This document shows, piece by piece, positions 10,609 to 19,277 of a stretch of 64,000 nt of DNA; position 1 is the stretch's first letter; each line of letters opens with the position of its first letter. A program made the translations under genes and the position numbers. The notes beneath the pieces were generated by a model. That model saw nothing but the letters and a program-made list of their open reading frames with translations, did not search any database and was not told where the DNA came from. Origin of the DNA: Candidatus Moraniibacteriota bacterium. GTDB taxonomy: Bacteria > Patescibacteriota > Minisyncoccia > Moranbacterales > UBA1568. Where the stretch lies: assembly GCA_016699875.1 (NCBI GenBank), contig CP064989.1, forward strand, positions 252,326 through 316,325, in the 5' to 3' direction.

Positions 10609-11022
10609 TTACTTCACCGTGACCGCAATCTTCTTCGGCTTCATCTCTTCCGCCTTCGGCGCGGTAATCGTGAGAATACCCTTCTCATACGATGCCGCCG
10701 CCTTGTCACCTTCCACCTTCATCGGGAGGATGATAGACCGGGAGAATTCGCCGCGACTAATTTCCTTGCGGTAATAGTCTTCGCGCTTCACTTCGTGCCG
10801 CTCCTCGCTTGATCCCGAAACCGTGAGCACGTCGTTCTCAATAGTGATGTTTACCTTCTCCGAATCGATATTCGGAAGTTGAAAGTCCACGATCACATTG
10901 TCTTTGTCCTGACGGACATCTACCGCCGGAGCAAAACCGTGCGCCCACATATCCTCATCGAAGAAACGATCGATATCGCGCATCGGTGACCAATGAATAA
11001 TGCTTCGTGTCATAGTACTCAC
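10609..11022 (-). CDS. Hsp20/alpha-crystallin-family small heat-shock protein
   Basis: Alpha-crystallin domain (VDVRQDKDNVIVDFQLPNI...GILTITAPK). It sits between grpE and dnaK. Confidence 0.8.
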   Translation of the reverse strand: MSTMTRSIIHWSPMRDIDRFFDEDMWAHGFAPAVDVRQDKDNVIVDFQLPNIDSEKVNITIENDVLTVSGSSEERHEVKREDYYRKEISRGEFSRSIILPMKVEGDKAAASYEKGILTITAPKAEEMKPKKIAVTVK

Positions 11023-11068
11023 CTCCTCTCTGGGTTAAAATTCCTATCGAAAATTCAAAATGCAAGTC

Positions 11069-11959
11069 CTATCTCACCACTACCTTTGCCGGACGAATCA
11101 CTCTCGAGCCACTCTTGTATCCCATCTGGAGCATCTTCGCCACCTTGCCCTCTTCCGCTGATTCGCCTTCTTCTCGACTTACAGCTTCATGCACATGCGG
11201 ATCAAAGGTATCGCCTTCCTTCACTTCGAATGCCGAGATGCCATTCGTCGCAAGCGCTTCTTCGAGTTGCTTTCCGATATAGGTAATACCCGTCATCCAT
11301 GCATTCTCCTTCTCCGCTTCCGGCACATGCTGCGCTGCCATGCGAAAGTTGTCGATCACCGGAATAATATCGAGCGCAAATCGCTCCGAACTCATCGCCG
11401 ACAATTCTCTCATCCGCTCTTCCTGCCGCCGCCGATAATTCTCAAAATCCGCCGAAATCCGCTTCACATCATTCAAATATTCCCGCTCTTTGAGTCGTTC
11501 GACAGCTGCCGATATAAAATACTTTGCCATGCTGCCAAACTCATCATTCTGAGCAACTTCTTCCGCTGTCACCCATCGATACTCACTGTGTTCCGAGCTC
11601 AGCGTAATATCCTGCGAAGAAGACATTTGCACTGTATATCCGAGAGTCAACACGCGTTTCTTTCTATATTCAGCTAAGAAAACCCCAGATTGTTTCAAGC
11701 TCTCATCAACATCAAAGCCAATCTCTTCTCCAAGTTCTCGAGACAAAGAGTCTTCAAGACTTTCCGCAACATCCACCCGACCGCCGGGAAAATCCCACAC
11801 ACCGTACTTTTGAACGAAGAAACTTTCTATATCGGCAATCTTCAACATCAAGAACACTTTCTTCTCAGGATCATACACCACTATCTTTTGCGATATCTGA
11901 AAGAGTTCATGTCCTTTCTCATCTACTATAAATTTTCCATCAACAACTTTTGTTTCCAT
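11069..11959 (-). CDS. grpE: NUDIX hydrolase domain fused to nucleotide-exchange factor GrpE
   Basis: N-terminus carries a perfect NUDIX box, GRVDVAESLEDSLSRELGEEIGF (Gx5Ex7REUxEExGU). The C-terminus aligns with GrpE (DFENYRRR, IPVIDNF, FDPHVHEAV, GYKSGSRVIRPAKVVV). Both lie in one uninterrupted ORF. Start placed at METKVVD. Confidence 0.8.
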   Translation of the reverse strand: METKVVDGKFIVDEKGHELFQISQKIVVYDPEKKVFLMLKIADIESFFVQKYGVWDFPGGRVDVAESLEDSLSRELGEEIGFDVDESLKQSGVFLAEYRKKRVLTLGYTVQMSSSQDITLSSEHSEYRWVTAEEVAQNDEFGSMAKYFISAAVERLKEREYLNDVKRISADFENYRRRQEERMRELSAMSSERFALDIIPVIDNFRMAAQHVPEAEKENAWMTGITYIGKQLEEALATNGISAFEVKEGDTFDPHVHEAVSREEGESAEEGKVAKMLQMGYKSGSRVIRPAKVVVR

Positions 11960-11975
11960 AAAATTTTTCCAAAAA

Positions 11976-12722
11976 CTAGTGCAACACAATAAACATTGCA
12001 ATCACTCCCGCCGATCCGCCCAGCATGCGCTTCATGTATTCCAAAAGAGATTTGTTCTTCGCATACTTCATGCGCTTCGGACCGATGATAGCAAGAACCC
12101 CTCGATCACCGTCGGCGTTCTGATAGGGTGATACCATCATAGCGCAGTTGGAAATTTCCTTGATCGGGTTCTCCTCGCCAATGAATATCTTGACTTCGCC
12201 GTCTTTCATCTTGGACAAAAGCGTATCGATATTCTCATCAATCGAATCGAGCGCCTCCACCAGTCGACACACTTCGTCGAGCTCCTGAAACTCCGGCTCA
12301 CCCATCAATTCCTTCATGCCGAAATCATAGAATTCGTCGCGACTCACAATACCGGACACCGCAAGACTCCCCGAAAACGCCGAGAGAAGCTTGGCAGTCG
12401 TCCGTGCCAATCGAGCGTTCCGCGCCTCAAGCACCAAGAGCTCCTTTTTCAATTCTGCTTCTTCTTCCTTTGAAAGAGCCTCGTCTTTCATCCCATGCTC
12501 GATATAAAAGCGATACCCCTTGTCGGTTGGAATACGCCCCGACGAAACATGCGGCTGATAGAGATACCCCTCTTCTTCCAAAGTCGCCATATCGCTCCGC
12601 ACCGTCGCCGACGACACCGGCAGATGAACCCGCGAGAGAAGCACTTCGGAACCGACCGGGAGTGCACTTTTCGTATAGAGTTCTACGACCGCCGAAAGAA
12701 TAGTTTTCTGTCGCTCATTCAT
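11976..12722 (-). CDS. hrcA: Heat-inducible transcription repressor HrcA (short form)
   Basis: N-terminal winged-helix region (MNERQKTILSAVVELYTKSALPVGSEVL) and position as the first gene of the hrcA-grpE-dnaK operon directly downstream of a CIRCE. Start set at the internal Met so the gene does not overlap the CIRCE. Confidence 0.75.
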   Translation of the reverse strand: MNERQKTILSAVVELYTKSALPVGSEVLLSRVHLPVSSATVRSDMATLEEEGYLYQPHVSSGRIPTDKGYRFYIEHGMKDEALSKEEEAELKKELLVLEARNARLARTTAKLLSAFSGSLAVSGIVSRDEFYDFGMKELMGEPEFQELDEVCRLVEALDSIDENIDTLLSKMKDGEVKIFIGEENPIKEISNCAMMVSPYQNADGDRGVLAIIGPKRMKYAKNKSLLEYMKRMLGGSAGVIAMFIVLH

Positions 12723-12745
12723 ACGTTTCCAGTATAAATCACAGA

Positions 12746-12772
12746 TTAGCACTCGTCAAGTATGAGTGCTAA
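12746..12772. promoter_or_regulatory. CIRCE operator (HrcA binding site), perfect consensus
   Basis: TTAGCACTC-gtcaagtat-GAGTGCTAA read directly from the sequence, immediately upstream of hrcA. Confidence 0.9.
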
Positions 12773-13020
12773 TTCATACTTTTTGGCTCTGGAGGCGGGT
12801 CATAGCCGCCCGGGTGCCAGGGGTGGCATCGTAGGAATCGGCGAAGTGAAAGATACCCGCCGCGGAGAACACCGGACCGTTCGACAGCTTGCCGCGCGTA
12901 TTCCGAGCACGACGGATAAAATCGACAAACGCGAATCGGCACGATTTTCCCCAAAAGCCCATGGTCCAGCGAAAGCGTTTTTTGATATATCCGAATGAAA
13001 AAGGAGAGCCATTGTTTCAT
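12769..13020 (-). CDS. yidD: Membrane protein insertion efficiency factor YidD
   Basis: [44 protein letters not shown]. The listed ORF extends to 13194; I trimmed it to the internal Met (MKQWLSFF). Confidence 0.8.
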   Translation of the reverse strand: MKQWLSFFIRIYQKTLSLDHGLLGKIVPIRVCRFYPSCSEYARQAVERSGVLRGGYLSLRRFLRCHPWHPGGYDPPPEPKSMN

Positions 13021-13066
13021 GTTCCGTATGGTATAATGGAGATGTTTGATCTCCAAATAGAAAATC

Positions 13067-13975
13067 ATGAAAACGGTTTCCTTTGGAAAAATTTCATGGG
13101 TCGACATGCCAAACCCCGGACCCGAAGACATTTTGCATTTGCAAGAGGATTTCAATATCCATCCGATAGCGATCGAGGAATTTTCAACGCCCACCTACCA
13201 GCCCAAAGCGATCAACTTCGACAATTGTCTGTTTCTTTCGGTGCATATTCCTCTCTTCGATGCCAAGAATCGCACCACCTATCCGGGCGAAATGGACATC
13301 ATTCTCACCAGCACGCATCTCATCACCGGACATCGGGACGATATGTTCCAAGTGACCGATTTCTTCGACGCGCTCGAGAAGAACGAGGGCAAGCGTCGAC
13401 TCCACATGGACAAGACGCCAGCACACCTCATGTACCACATCCTCGATCTGCTCATGAATTCATGCTTCCCTCGCCTCGACCATATCGCACGCAATCTCGA
13501 CGCTATCGAAGACAATGTCTTCAACGGCAAAGAGAAAGAAATGGTTTTTGAGATCTCTGTCGTAAAGCGCGACATCCTGAATTTTCGACGAACACTGAAA
13601 CCGCAACGATCTATCATCGAATCCATATTCCAGAAACAAAGTCCCTTCATCCCAGAGGGACTCACCATGTATTTCCAGGACCTCATCGGCACAAATATTC
13701 GTCTGTGGAACATTCTTGAGAACAACAAAGAAATTATCGAGTCGCTCGAAGCTACCAACAATTCCCTCCTCTCAAACAAACTCGATCTCACCATGAAAGT
13801 GCTCACGATTTTCTCGGCTATCATGCTCCCGATGACCGTCTATTCAAACGTGCTCGCCATGAGTGCGAGCATCCCCTTTGCCAACAGCCCGTACGCTTTT
13901 TGGATACACGTCGGCATCATGTTCTGCATTTCACTCATTACTATCGTCATTTTCCGTGCTAAGAAGTGGTTTTAA
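13067..13975 (+). CDS. CorA-like divalent-cation transporter
   Basis: Cytoplasmic alpha/beta domain plus two C-terminal TM helices. The GMN loop is replaced here (YSNVLAMS), so this is a divergent family member. Confidence 0.55.
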   Translation: MKTVSFGKISWVDMPNPGPEDILHLQEDFNIHPIAIEEFSTPTYQPKAINFDNCLFLSVHIPLFDAKNRTTYPGEMDIILTSTHLITGHRDDMFQVTDFFDALEKNEGKRRLHMDKTPAHLMYHILDLLMNSCFPRLDHIARNLDAIEDNVFNGKEKEMVFEISVVKRDILNFRRTLKPQRSIIESIFQKQSPFIPEGLTMYFQDLIGTNIRLWNILENNKEIIESLEATNNSLLSNKLDLTMKVLTIFSAIMLPMTVYSNVLAMSASIPFANSPYAFWIHVGIMFCISLITIVIFRAKKWF

Positions 13976-14070
13976 TACGTGAAAAGGCGAGATGAAACAT
14001 ACAGAAACGCATTCTTCCTCAAGAGAAATCCGTACAATAGATCAGAATACCGTTTATAACACCCGAGTCT

Positions 14071-14436
14071 ATGCGTTTCTATCAGTCGCCCATCAAAAAT
14101 CCTGCCGCCACATCACTCTCGTTTCTTCTTGGAGCAGTGGTGATCACGGCGATCGTCCTCTCCTTGCGTGTCGCTGACTCCGGTCGACTCGCTCAAAATG
14201 CCGAGCAAACCACCGAAACAATTCCTATCGACCCGGCACTGTCCGAAACACAACGCATTATCCAAGAAGACCGCGAGCAAAAACTCAAGAGCTCCACTCC
14301 GGCACTTCAGAAAACTATCACCGAAACCAAACCAGTCAAAACCACGACACTCGTCCCCTCATCAACAAGCACCTCCTCTTCCTCATCCAGCTCCACGACA
14401 ACGAAAAAAGCAGATAGAACTACAAGAACATCCTGA
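14071..14436 (+). CDS. Small membrane-anchored Ser/Thr-rich protein
   Basis: One N-terminal TM helix followed by a low-complexity S/T-rich tail (SSTSTSSSSSSSTTT). Confidence 0.4.
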   Translation: MRFYQSPIKNPAATSLSFLLGAVVITAIVLSLRVADSGRLAQNAEQTTETIPIDPALSETQRIIQEDREQKLKSSTPALQKTITETKPVKTTTLVPSSTSTSSSSSSSTTTKKADRTTRTS

Positions 14437-14465
14437 CAACGCCACGATAAAAAATCTAAGACGCT

Positions 14466-14846
14466 ATGAAAAAACAAGTTGTCATCCTTCTCTCTTCACT
14501 CATACTTATCCTCGGCACAAATGCCCTAGTAACAGAGCGGTATGTTTCGCATGCCGAGGATGATGACGATGAGGAAGAGTATGAAGACGAAGATGAAGAC
14601 GATGATCGAAGCAGTAAAGACTCCCAACAAGACGATGTCGAGTCTGAGAAGACAAGCGTTACCAAAGAGACAACTCTTGTGCCGGTGACAACCATCACCC
14701 AGCAGGAAGTAGCCACAGTGCTCACCGACAGCGACGGAGACGGACTCTACGACAATGAAGATCCGCATCCGGACATCCCTGAAATCTACATCGTACGCGA
14801 TGACAACAAAAACGGCATCGCAGACTACCTGGAAACCTCGCCGTAG
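14466..14846 (+). CDS. Secreted acidic protein with a Ca-binding (thrombospondin type-3-like) motif
   Basis: Signal peptide (MKKQVVILLSSLILILGTNA), a D/E-rich stretch, and DSDGDGLYDNEDPHPD (DxDxDGxxDxxD). Confidence 0.5.
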   Translation: MKKQVVILLSSLILILGTNALVTERYVSHAEDDDDEEEYEDEDEDDDRSSKDSQQDDVESEKTSVTKETTLVPVTTITQQEVATVLTDSDGDGLYDNEDPHPDIPEIYIVRDDNKNGIADYLETSP

Positions 14847-14869
14847 CATTTCTCCCTTTCGGAACACTC

Positions 14870-15847
14870 ATGACTCCGAATCACCCAAACACGAAGGAGG
14901 CACTTCTCTCAACGACCCGTCTCTTTCGCGCTATGGGAACGGAGACATACCTCGAAATAGTCCACCGAAAAGGCGAGGAAAGGAAGGCCGAACAAACCCT
15001 GGCAAGCACAGTAAAGGGCTGTTTTGAAAAGATACGGATTTTCAATCGCTTCGATCCCGAAAGCGAACTCTCGGAATTCAATCGTCATCTCGGGAAATTC
15101 CGAAATGCCTCGCCGGATATGCTCGCTCTCGCACTTCACACTCTCTCGTTCCATAAAGAAAGCAACGAACTCTTCGATCCGCGCATCCTGTCAATTCTCA
15201 AGCATATCGGGTATGATGCGGATTTCTCCAAGATGCCTGCAAGCCTGCCTGTACTGGAAAAGTTATTCTCTCCTCGGACAGCGCCTCTGAGAAGCGAGCT
15301 TTCTGTATGGGGTGAAATGATACGATTCGAGGCGCCGATGGACTTTTCCGGAATAGCCAAAGGGTATATTCTGGACAAAATGGCCGAGCGGATACGGCAA
15401 GACGACTGGTCAAACTTTCTCGTTGACTCCGGCGGCGATATGGTGGCATGTGGCACGAATCGCGCGAGAGAAAAGTGGCGCATCAGTGTCGAGAACATAC
15501 CTGAAGAGTCCGCTCTTTTTGAAATGACAAACCAGGCGATTGCCACCTCAGGCATCACCAGAAAACACTGGGTGTCTTCCCGAGGAAAACACTATCACCA
15601 TCTCATTCATCCAAAACACCCGAACAATTTTTCATTCAATCTTCTGTCAGTCACCGCAATCTCAACATCTGCCGAGCGTGCCGATTTTCTCGCCAAGACG
15701 CTGTTTCTCATGGGAATTAAAGACGGTTTTTCTTATGCAAGCAAACATTCCATCCCCGCACTCTTCGTTCAAGCAAAAGCCAAAAACCCAACAACCAATC
15801 CTTGGATCATGACCCCGAAGATAAAACCATTCCTCGCCAAACAATAA
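14870..15847 (+). CDS. apbE: ApbE-family FAD:protein FMN transferase
   Basis: RLFRAMGTETYLEI (AMGT signature) and the conserved ApbE core. Confidence 0.75.
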   Translation: MTPNHPNTKEALLSTTRLFRAMGTETYLEIVHRKGEERKAEQTLASTVKGCFEKIRIFNRFDPESELSEFNRHLGKFRNASPDMLALALHTLSFHKESNELFDPRILSILKHIGYDADFSKMPASLPVLEKLFSPRTAPLRSELSVWGEMIRFEAPMDFSGIAKGYILDKMAERIRQDDWSNFLVDSGGDMVACGTNRAREKWRISVENIPEESALFEMTNQAIATSGITRKHWVSSRGKHYHHLIHPKHPNNFSFNLLSVTAISTSAERADFLAKTLFLMGIKDGFSYASKHSIPALFVQAKAKNPTTNPWIMTPKIKPFLAKQ

Positions 15848-15858
15848 ACTCTCCCACT

Positions 15859-16776
15859 ATGAAGATATCTACTCTCGTATTTACTGCCGCTATTGGAGCG
15901 CTTCTTCTTGCTCCGGCAGCCACTCGCGCCGCAGACACTTCCGACCCCATATCCTACCCCGACGGACCCGTGCTCGATTCCGATCTCGACGGATTAACCG
16001 ACATTGGAGAGACGACGCGTTTCCAAACCGACCCGAAAAATCCCGACAGTGACAGCGACGACTGGTACGACGGCACGGAAATACTGGCGCAAACAGATCC
16101 GCTCGACCCGACATCGCCGTCGGCGACCGTCATCGTTACCTCTGATCCGTCTTCGGTGCAGGTGCCCTGGGTCTGGTATGTCACGCGCGCTTCGGGACTC
16201 ATTGCTTTTGCCTTCGCATGGCTCGCCATTTTCCTTGGTATTGCCGTCCGACTTCCCATTCTCAAAGATATCATTCGCCCCGCCTATTCCCTCTCTGTTC
16301 ACTACACCATTGCTGTTCAGACGCTCTTCTTTGCTCTCCTTCATGGCATAAGCTTCCTCTTTGATCCGTTCATACGGCCAACAATTGCCGATGCATTTAT
16401 TCCCTTTCATATAGCCGCCGATAAAATCAATCCTCTTTCGCTCGCGCTCGGCATCATGGCATTTTACGGATTTATCGTTCTCGTCCTCACCAGCTGGATC
16501 AAACCCATGATCCCGCAACGCCTCTGGCGCATCACACATTTCCTCAACATATTCGTATATGTTGCCGTCATCGCTCACGCGCTCCTTCTTGGCACCGATA
16601 TGAAAGTCCCACTCTACCGAAACATTTTCATCAGCGCCAATATATTCCTCATGTCGCTTCTCCTCATGAACTTCGCCCTCAAACTCGCCAACGTCATCCG
16701 CCACACGATTACCAAACAGCAACCGGTACCGGAAGAAATACCTGCTGGCAGTTCAAACACGCAAACCCTCTCTTGA
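15859..16776 (+). CDS. MsrQ/YedZ-like (ferric-reductase-type) heme-binding 6-TM protein with an N-terminal secreted Ca-binding repeat region
   Basis: Signal peptide (MKISTLVFTAAIGALLLAPAATRA). Two DxDxDG-type repeats follow (DSDLDGLTD, DSDSDDWYDG). Then a 6-TM domain with paired His in TM helices (HYTIAVQTLFFALLHG, HFLNIFVYVAVIAHALLLG). Start is the internal ATG 12 nt after the apbE stop. Confidence 0.6.
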   Translation: MKISTLVFTAAIGALLLAPAATRAADTSDPISYPDGPVLDSDLDGLTDIGETTRFQTDPKNPDSDSDDWYDGTEILAQTDPLDPTSPSATVIVTSDPSSVQVPWVWYVTRASGLIAFAFAWLAIFLGIAVRLPILKDIIRPAYSLSVHYTIAVQTLFFALLHGISFLFDPFIRPTIADAFIPFHIAADKINPLSLALGIMAFYGFIVLVLTSWIKPMIPQRLWRITHFLNIFVYVAVIAHALLLGTDMKVPLYRNIFISANIFLMSLLLMNFALKLANVIRHTITKQQPVPEEIPAGSSNTQTLS

Positions 16777-16852
16777 GATAAGTTGCCCTATAAAAAAATC
16801 CCCGAAACCATAACGGCTTCGGGGTTATTTGCAATAAGCATGTCGTCTGGAC

Positions 16853-18532
16853 TTACTGTATCTTTCCAATACTCCTCAGATATCCCTCCGGATATCCATT
16901 CAGCAGGAAAGGAAATACGGCGACTACTTTTCCCGATCCCATTCGAATCGATGACACCAGAGCGAGTTGTCCAGAAAGAAGGTGTTGAGTTGCCGGAAGT
17001 CCGGGACGATACAGCTCGAGCGCTCGAGTACGAAGGTTTTTGATACCATCAACCACTCCCTCCGAGATACCCGGAACATTCCTCCAGAGAAACTGTGCCA
17101 ACTCATCAGATGACATATCAGCCCACGAAGTTTCCCCCCATTCTAGAGCAGACAAGCCTTCGGCAACCTCTTTGGGGACATCTTCGTAAACTCGCTCGGA
17201 AATAAAAACCGGAACCGGACTTTTCACAAATGCAGACACATCGCTTCCAAAACATTCCTCGATGAAAGAACGCTCTCCTTCCGGAAACCGTCCGGCACCA
17301 CGATTCCCTCGCACAATAGAAGCTGCAAAGCCAGCAACATACGAAAGCATAGCTACGCCACCATTACTATATCCATTAACAGGAAATGGCGACGCCATAT
17401 CGTACGGACCACGGGCGAACGTCGTCACAACAACCACACCTTCCTGATGTTGTTTGTACGGATAACCTCCCCCGGAACTCAGAAGATGACCGAGGATCGC
17501 ATTCGAAAGAAGTATCGACATGCGAAGACGGAACTCCACTGAATCTTCTGCAAGAACAGGGAATATCCGTTTCAATTCACTTCGGAGACGCGGCGCCACT
17601 TCATCCCAAATATCCGCGATATACATCCAGAGCCGACGCATACTCTCATCGTAGTGCCGTCGAAAATCAATCTCTCCAACCTGAGATTTCGCTTGTTCGC
17701 ACACATCGAATAGAATACCTCCGTTTTCTGAAAGAACCGCTGTCGAAAGAGTTTTCCTCTCGCGAGCCAGTGCCTCCAAAACAGCCCCGGTGTAGCCTTC
17801 CCGCGTCACGCGATGATCAGAGAGAGATACCCCTTGATCAAGTCCCATGAAAAGAAACCCGCGTTCCACATCAAAAGACGTTTGAATCACGAAAACCTTT
17901 TCACTACTCAAATTACCGTACGCTCGATTCGAAAAATCATGAATCGCAAGGGCAATATCTTTCTTTCGCATCACGTCATTGAGCAAACCACCGTCAGAAG
18001 CCGGGACTCCCGAAGACGCTTTTTCTTCCTCGCCCTTCGCAGCACAGTGACTGTGACTATCTAAGATGACAACTACTCTCCCGAATTTCCTCACTCGATC
18101 ACGAATCTCGCGCGTAAAGTCTCCCTCTACAAGATAGAAACTCCCATCCTTCATACGGAGAGCATCGGAAATATCCGCTGCCGGAGTACGAAACGATTCA
18201 CCGGAAAGTCCAAACACCGTCTCCACAAGAACGCGCCCATCGATACAGAGACATGGGAGGATCTCTTCTAAGGAAGCGCCAATTACGCGCTCCATGAAGA
18301 GACGAGCCTCTTGCATTTTTTCTGACGCCAGATCCGCAACTCGCGCATTCCTTGTCGCGATAAATCCACGAACAAGAAACTGGAGATAACGGACTTCCGG
18401 AGTATTCTTATCCCGAGAGAACAGTTGAGAAAAACTGTCGATGTATCTGTCCACCATAATCATAACTCCTATTGTTAACCGTCGGGGGTTTCCGACAAAC
18501 CAGGGAGAGTATAAAAGAAAAGAGCGTTTCAA
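16853..18532 (-). CDS. Large hypothetical protein with beta-carbonic-anhydrase-type zinc motifs (CsoSCA-like?)
   Basis: CIDGR (CxDxR), then about 65 aa later DSHSHC (HxxC), which is the spacing of beta-CA zinc ligands. 559 aa with non-ATG (TTG) or internal Met start candidates. I recognise no other domain. Confidence 0.3.
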   Translation of the reverse strand: MKRSFLLYSPWFVGNPRRLTIGVMIMVDRYIDSFSQLFSRDKNTPEVRYLQFLVRGFIATRNARVADLASEKMQEARLFMERVIGASLEEILPCLCIDGRVLVETVFGLSGESFRTPAADISDALRMKDGSFYLVEGDFTREIRDRVRKFGRVVVILDSHSHCAAKGEEEKASSGVPASDGGLLNDVMRKKDIALAIHDFSNRAYGNLSSEKVFVIQTSFDVERGFLFMGLDQGVSLSDHRVTREGYTGAVLEALARERKTLSTAVLSENGGILFDVCEQAKSQVGEIDFRRHYDESMRRLWMYIADIWDEVAPRLRSELKRIFPVLAEDSVEFRLRMSILLSNAILGHLLSSGGGYPYKQHQEGVVVVTTFARGPYDMASPFPVNGYSNGGVAMLSYVAGFAASIVRGNRGAGRFPEGERSFIEECFGSDVSAFVKSPVPVFISERVYEDVPKEVAEGLSALEWGETSWADMSSDELAQFLWRNVPGISEGVVDGIKNLRTRALELYRPGLPATQHLLSGQLALVSSIRMGSGKVVAVFPFLLNGYPEGYLRSIGKIQ

Positions 18533-19176
18533 ACAAGAGCATCCGTATCGGGATTATTCCCATTCATCCTGTCCTGCATCATGCGTCTCTTCTCCTGCCT
18601 ATACTTCAAAATGCCTGGCAGAAATGACAAGATGATAATGATGACGACGATCGGGAGAATATATCGGTCGACATCAGGCACAACTTGCCCCAAGAAAAAC
18701 CCGCCGAGCAAAAGTCCGAACGACCACAGAAAGCCGCCAATCACGTTGTAGAAAAAGAACTCGCGAAAATTCATCCGCCCGACACCAGCGAGAATCGGCG
18801 CGAATGTGCGAACAATCGGCATAAATCGCGCAAGCACGATAGTCTTCGCACCATAGCGATTAAAGAATTCTTCTGCCCGACGAACATGCGACTTCTTGAA
18901 GAGCACCGACTCTTCGCGGCTAAAAAGCGACGTCCCAACGCGAAGCCCGAATATATACCCGGTCACATTCCCCAAGACCGCTGCGGTAAATACGATCATA
19001 AGAAGCGCCGGGAGAGAAAGCACTCCGCCGCTTGCCAAAAGCCCCGCCACAAACAAGAGGCTATCCCCGGGCAAAAAGAAACCCAGAAACAGCCCTGTTT
19101 CAGCGAATATGACTGCAAAGAGACCTATGTACCCGATAGTGAGGATAAACTCCGAGAGATTGACTCCAGGCAACAT
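18529..19176 (-). CDS. DedA/SNARE-associated family membrane protein
   Basis: FLPGDSLLFVAGLLA and the conserved DedA core. Start set at the internal Met (MLPGVN). Confidence 0.7.
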   Translation of the reverse strand: MLPGVNLSEFILTIGYIGLFAVIFAETGLFLGFFLPGDSLLFVAGLLASGGVLSLPALLMIVFTAAVLGNVTGYIFGLRVGTSLFSREESVLFKKSHVRRAEEFFNRYGAKTIVLARFMPIVRTFAPILAGVGRMNFREFFFYNVIGGFLWSFGLLLGGFFLGQVVPDVDRYILPIVVIIIILSFLPGILKYRQEKRRMMQDRMNGNNPDTDALV

Positions 19177-19277
19177 AACCGTTTCATTAGGCGAATAACC
19201 CCCACAGTATAGGTAACTTCCCCGAAAAAGGGAAGGGCTGATAGGAGTTGCTACTTTCAAGAAAATGTCTTTTCAAA

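Noticed and set aside
14300-14700. Possible CRISPR or tandem DNA repeat suggested by the repetitive tcc/agc and gat/gaa runs
   Set aside because: The periodicity is 3 nt and falls inside ORFs encoding poly-Ser/Thr and poly-Asp/Glu low-complexity protein segments. There is no repeat-spacer architecture.
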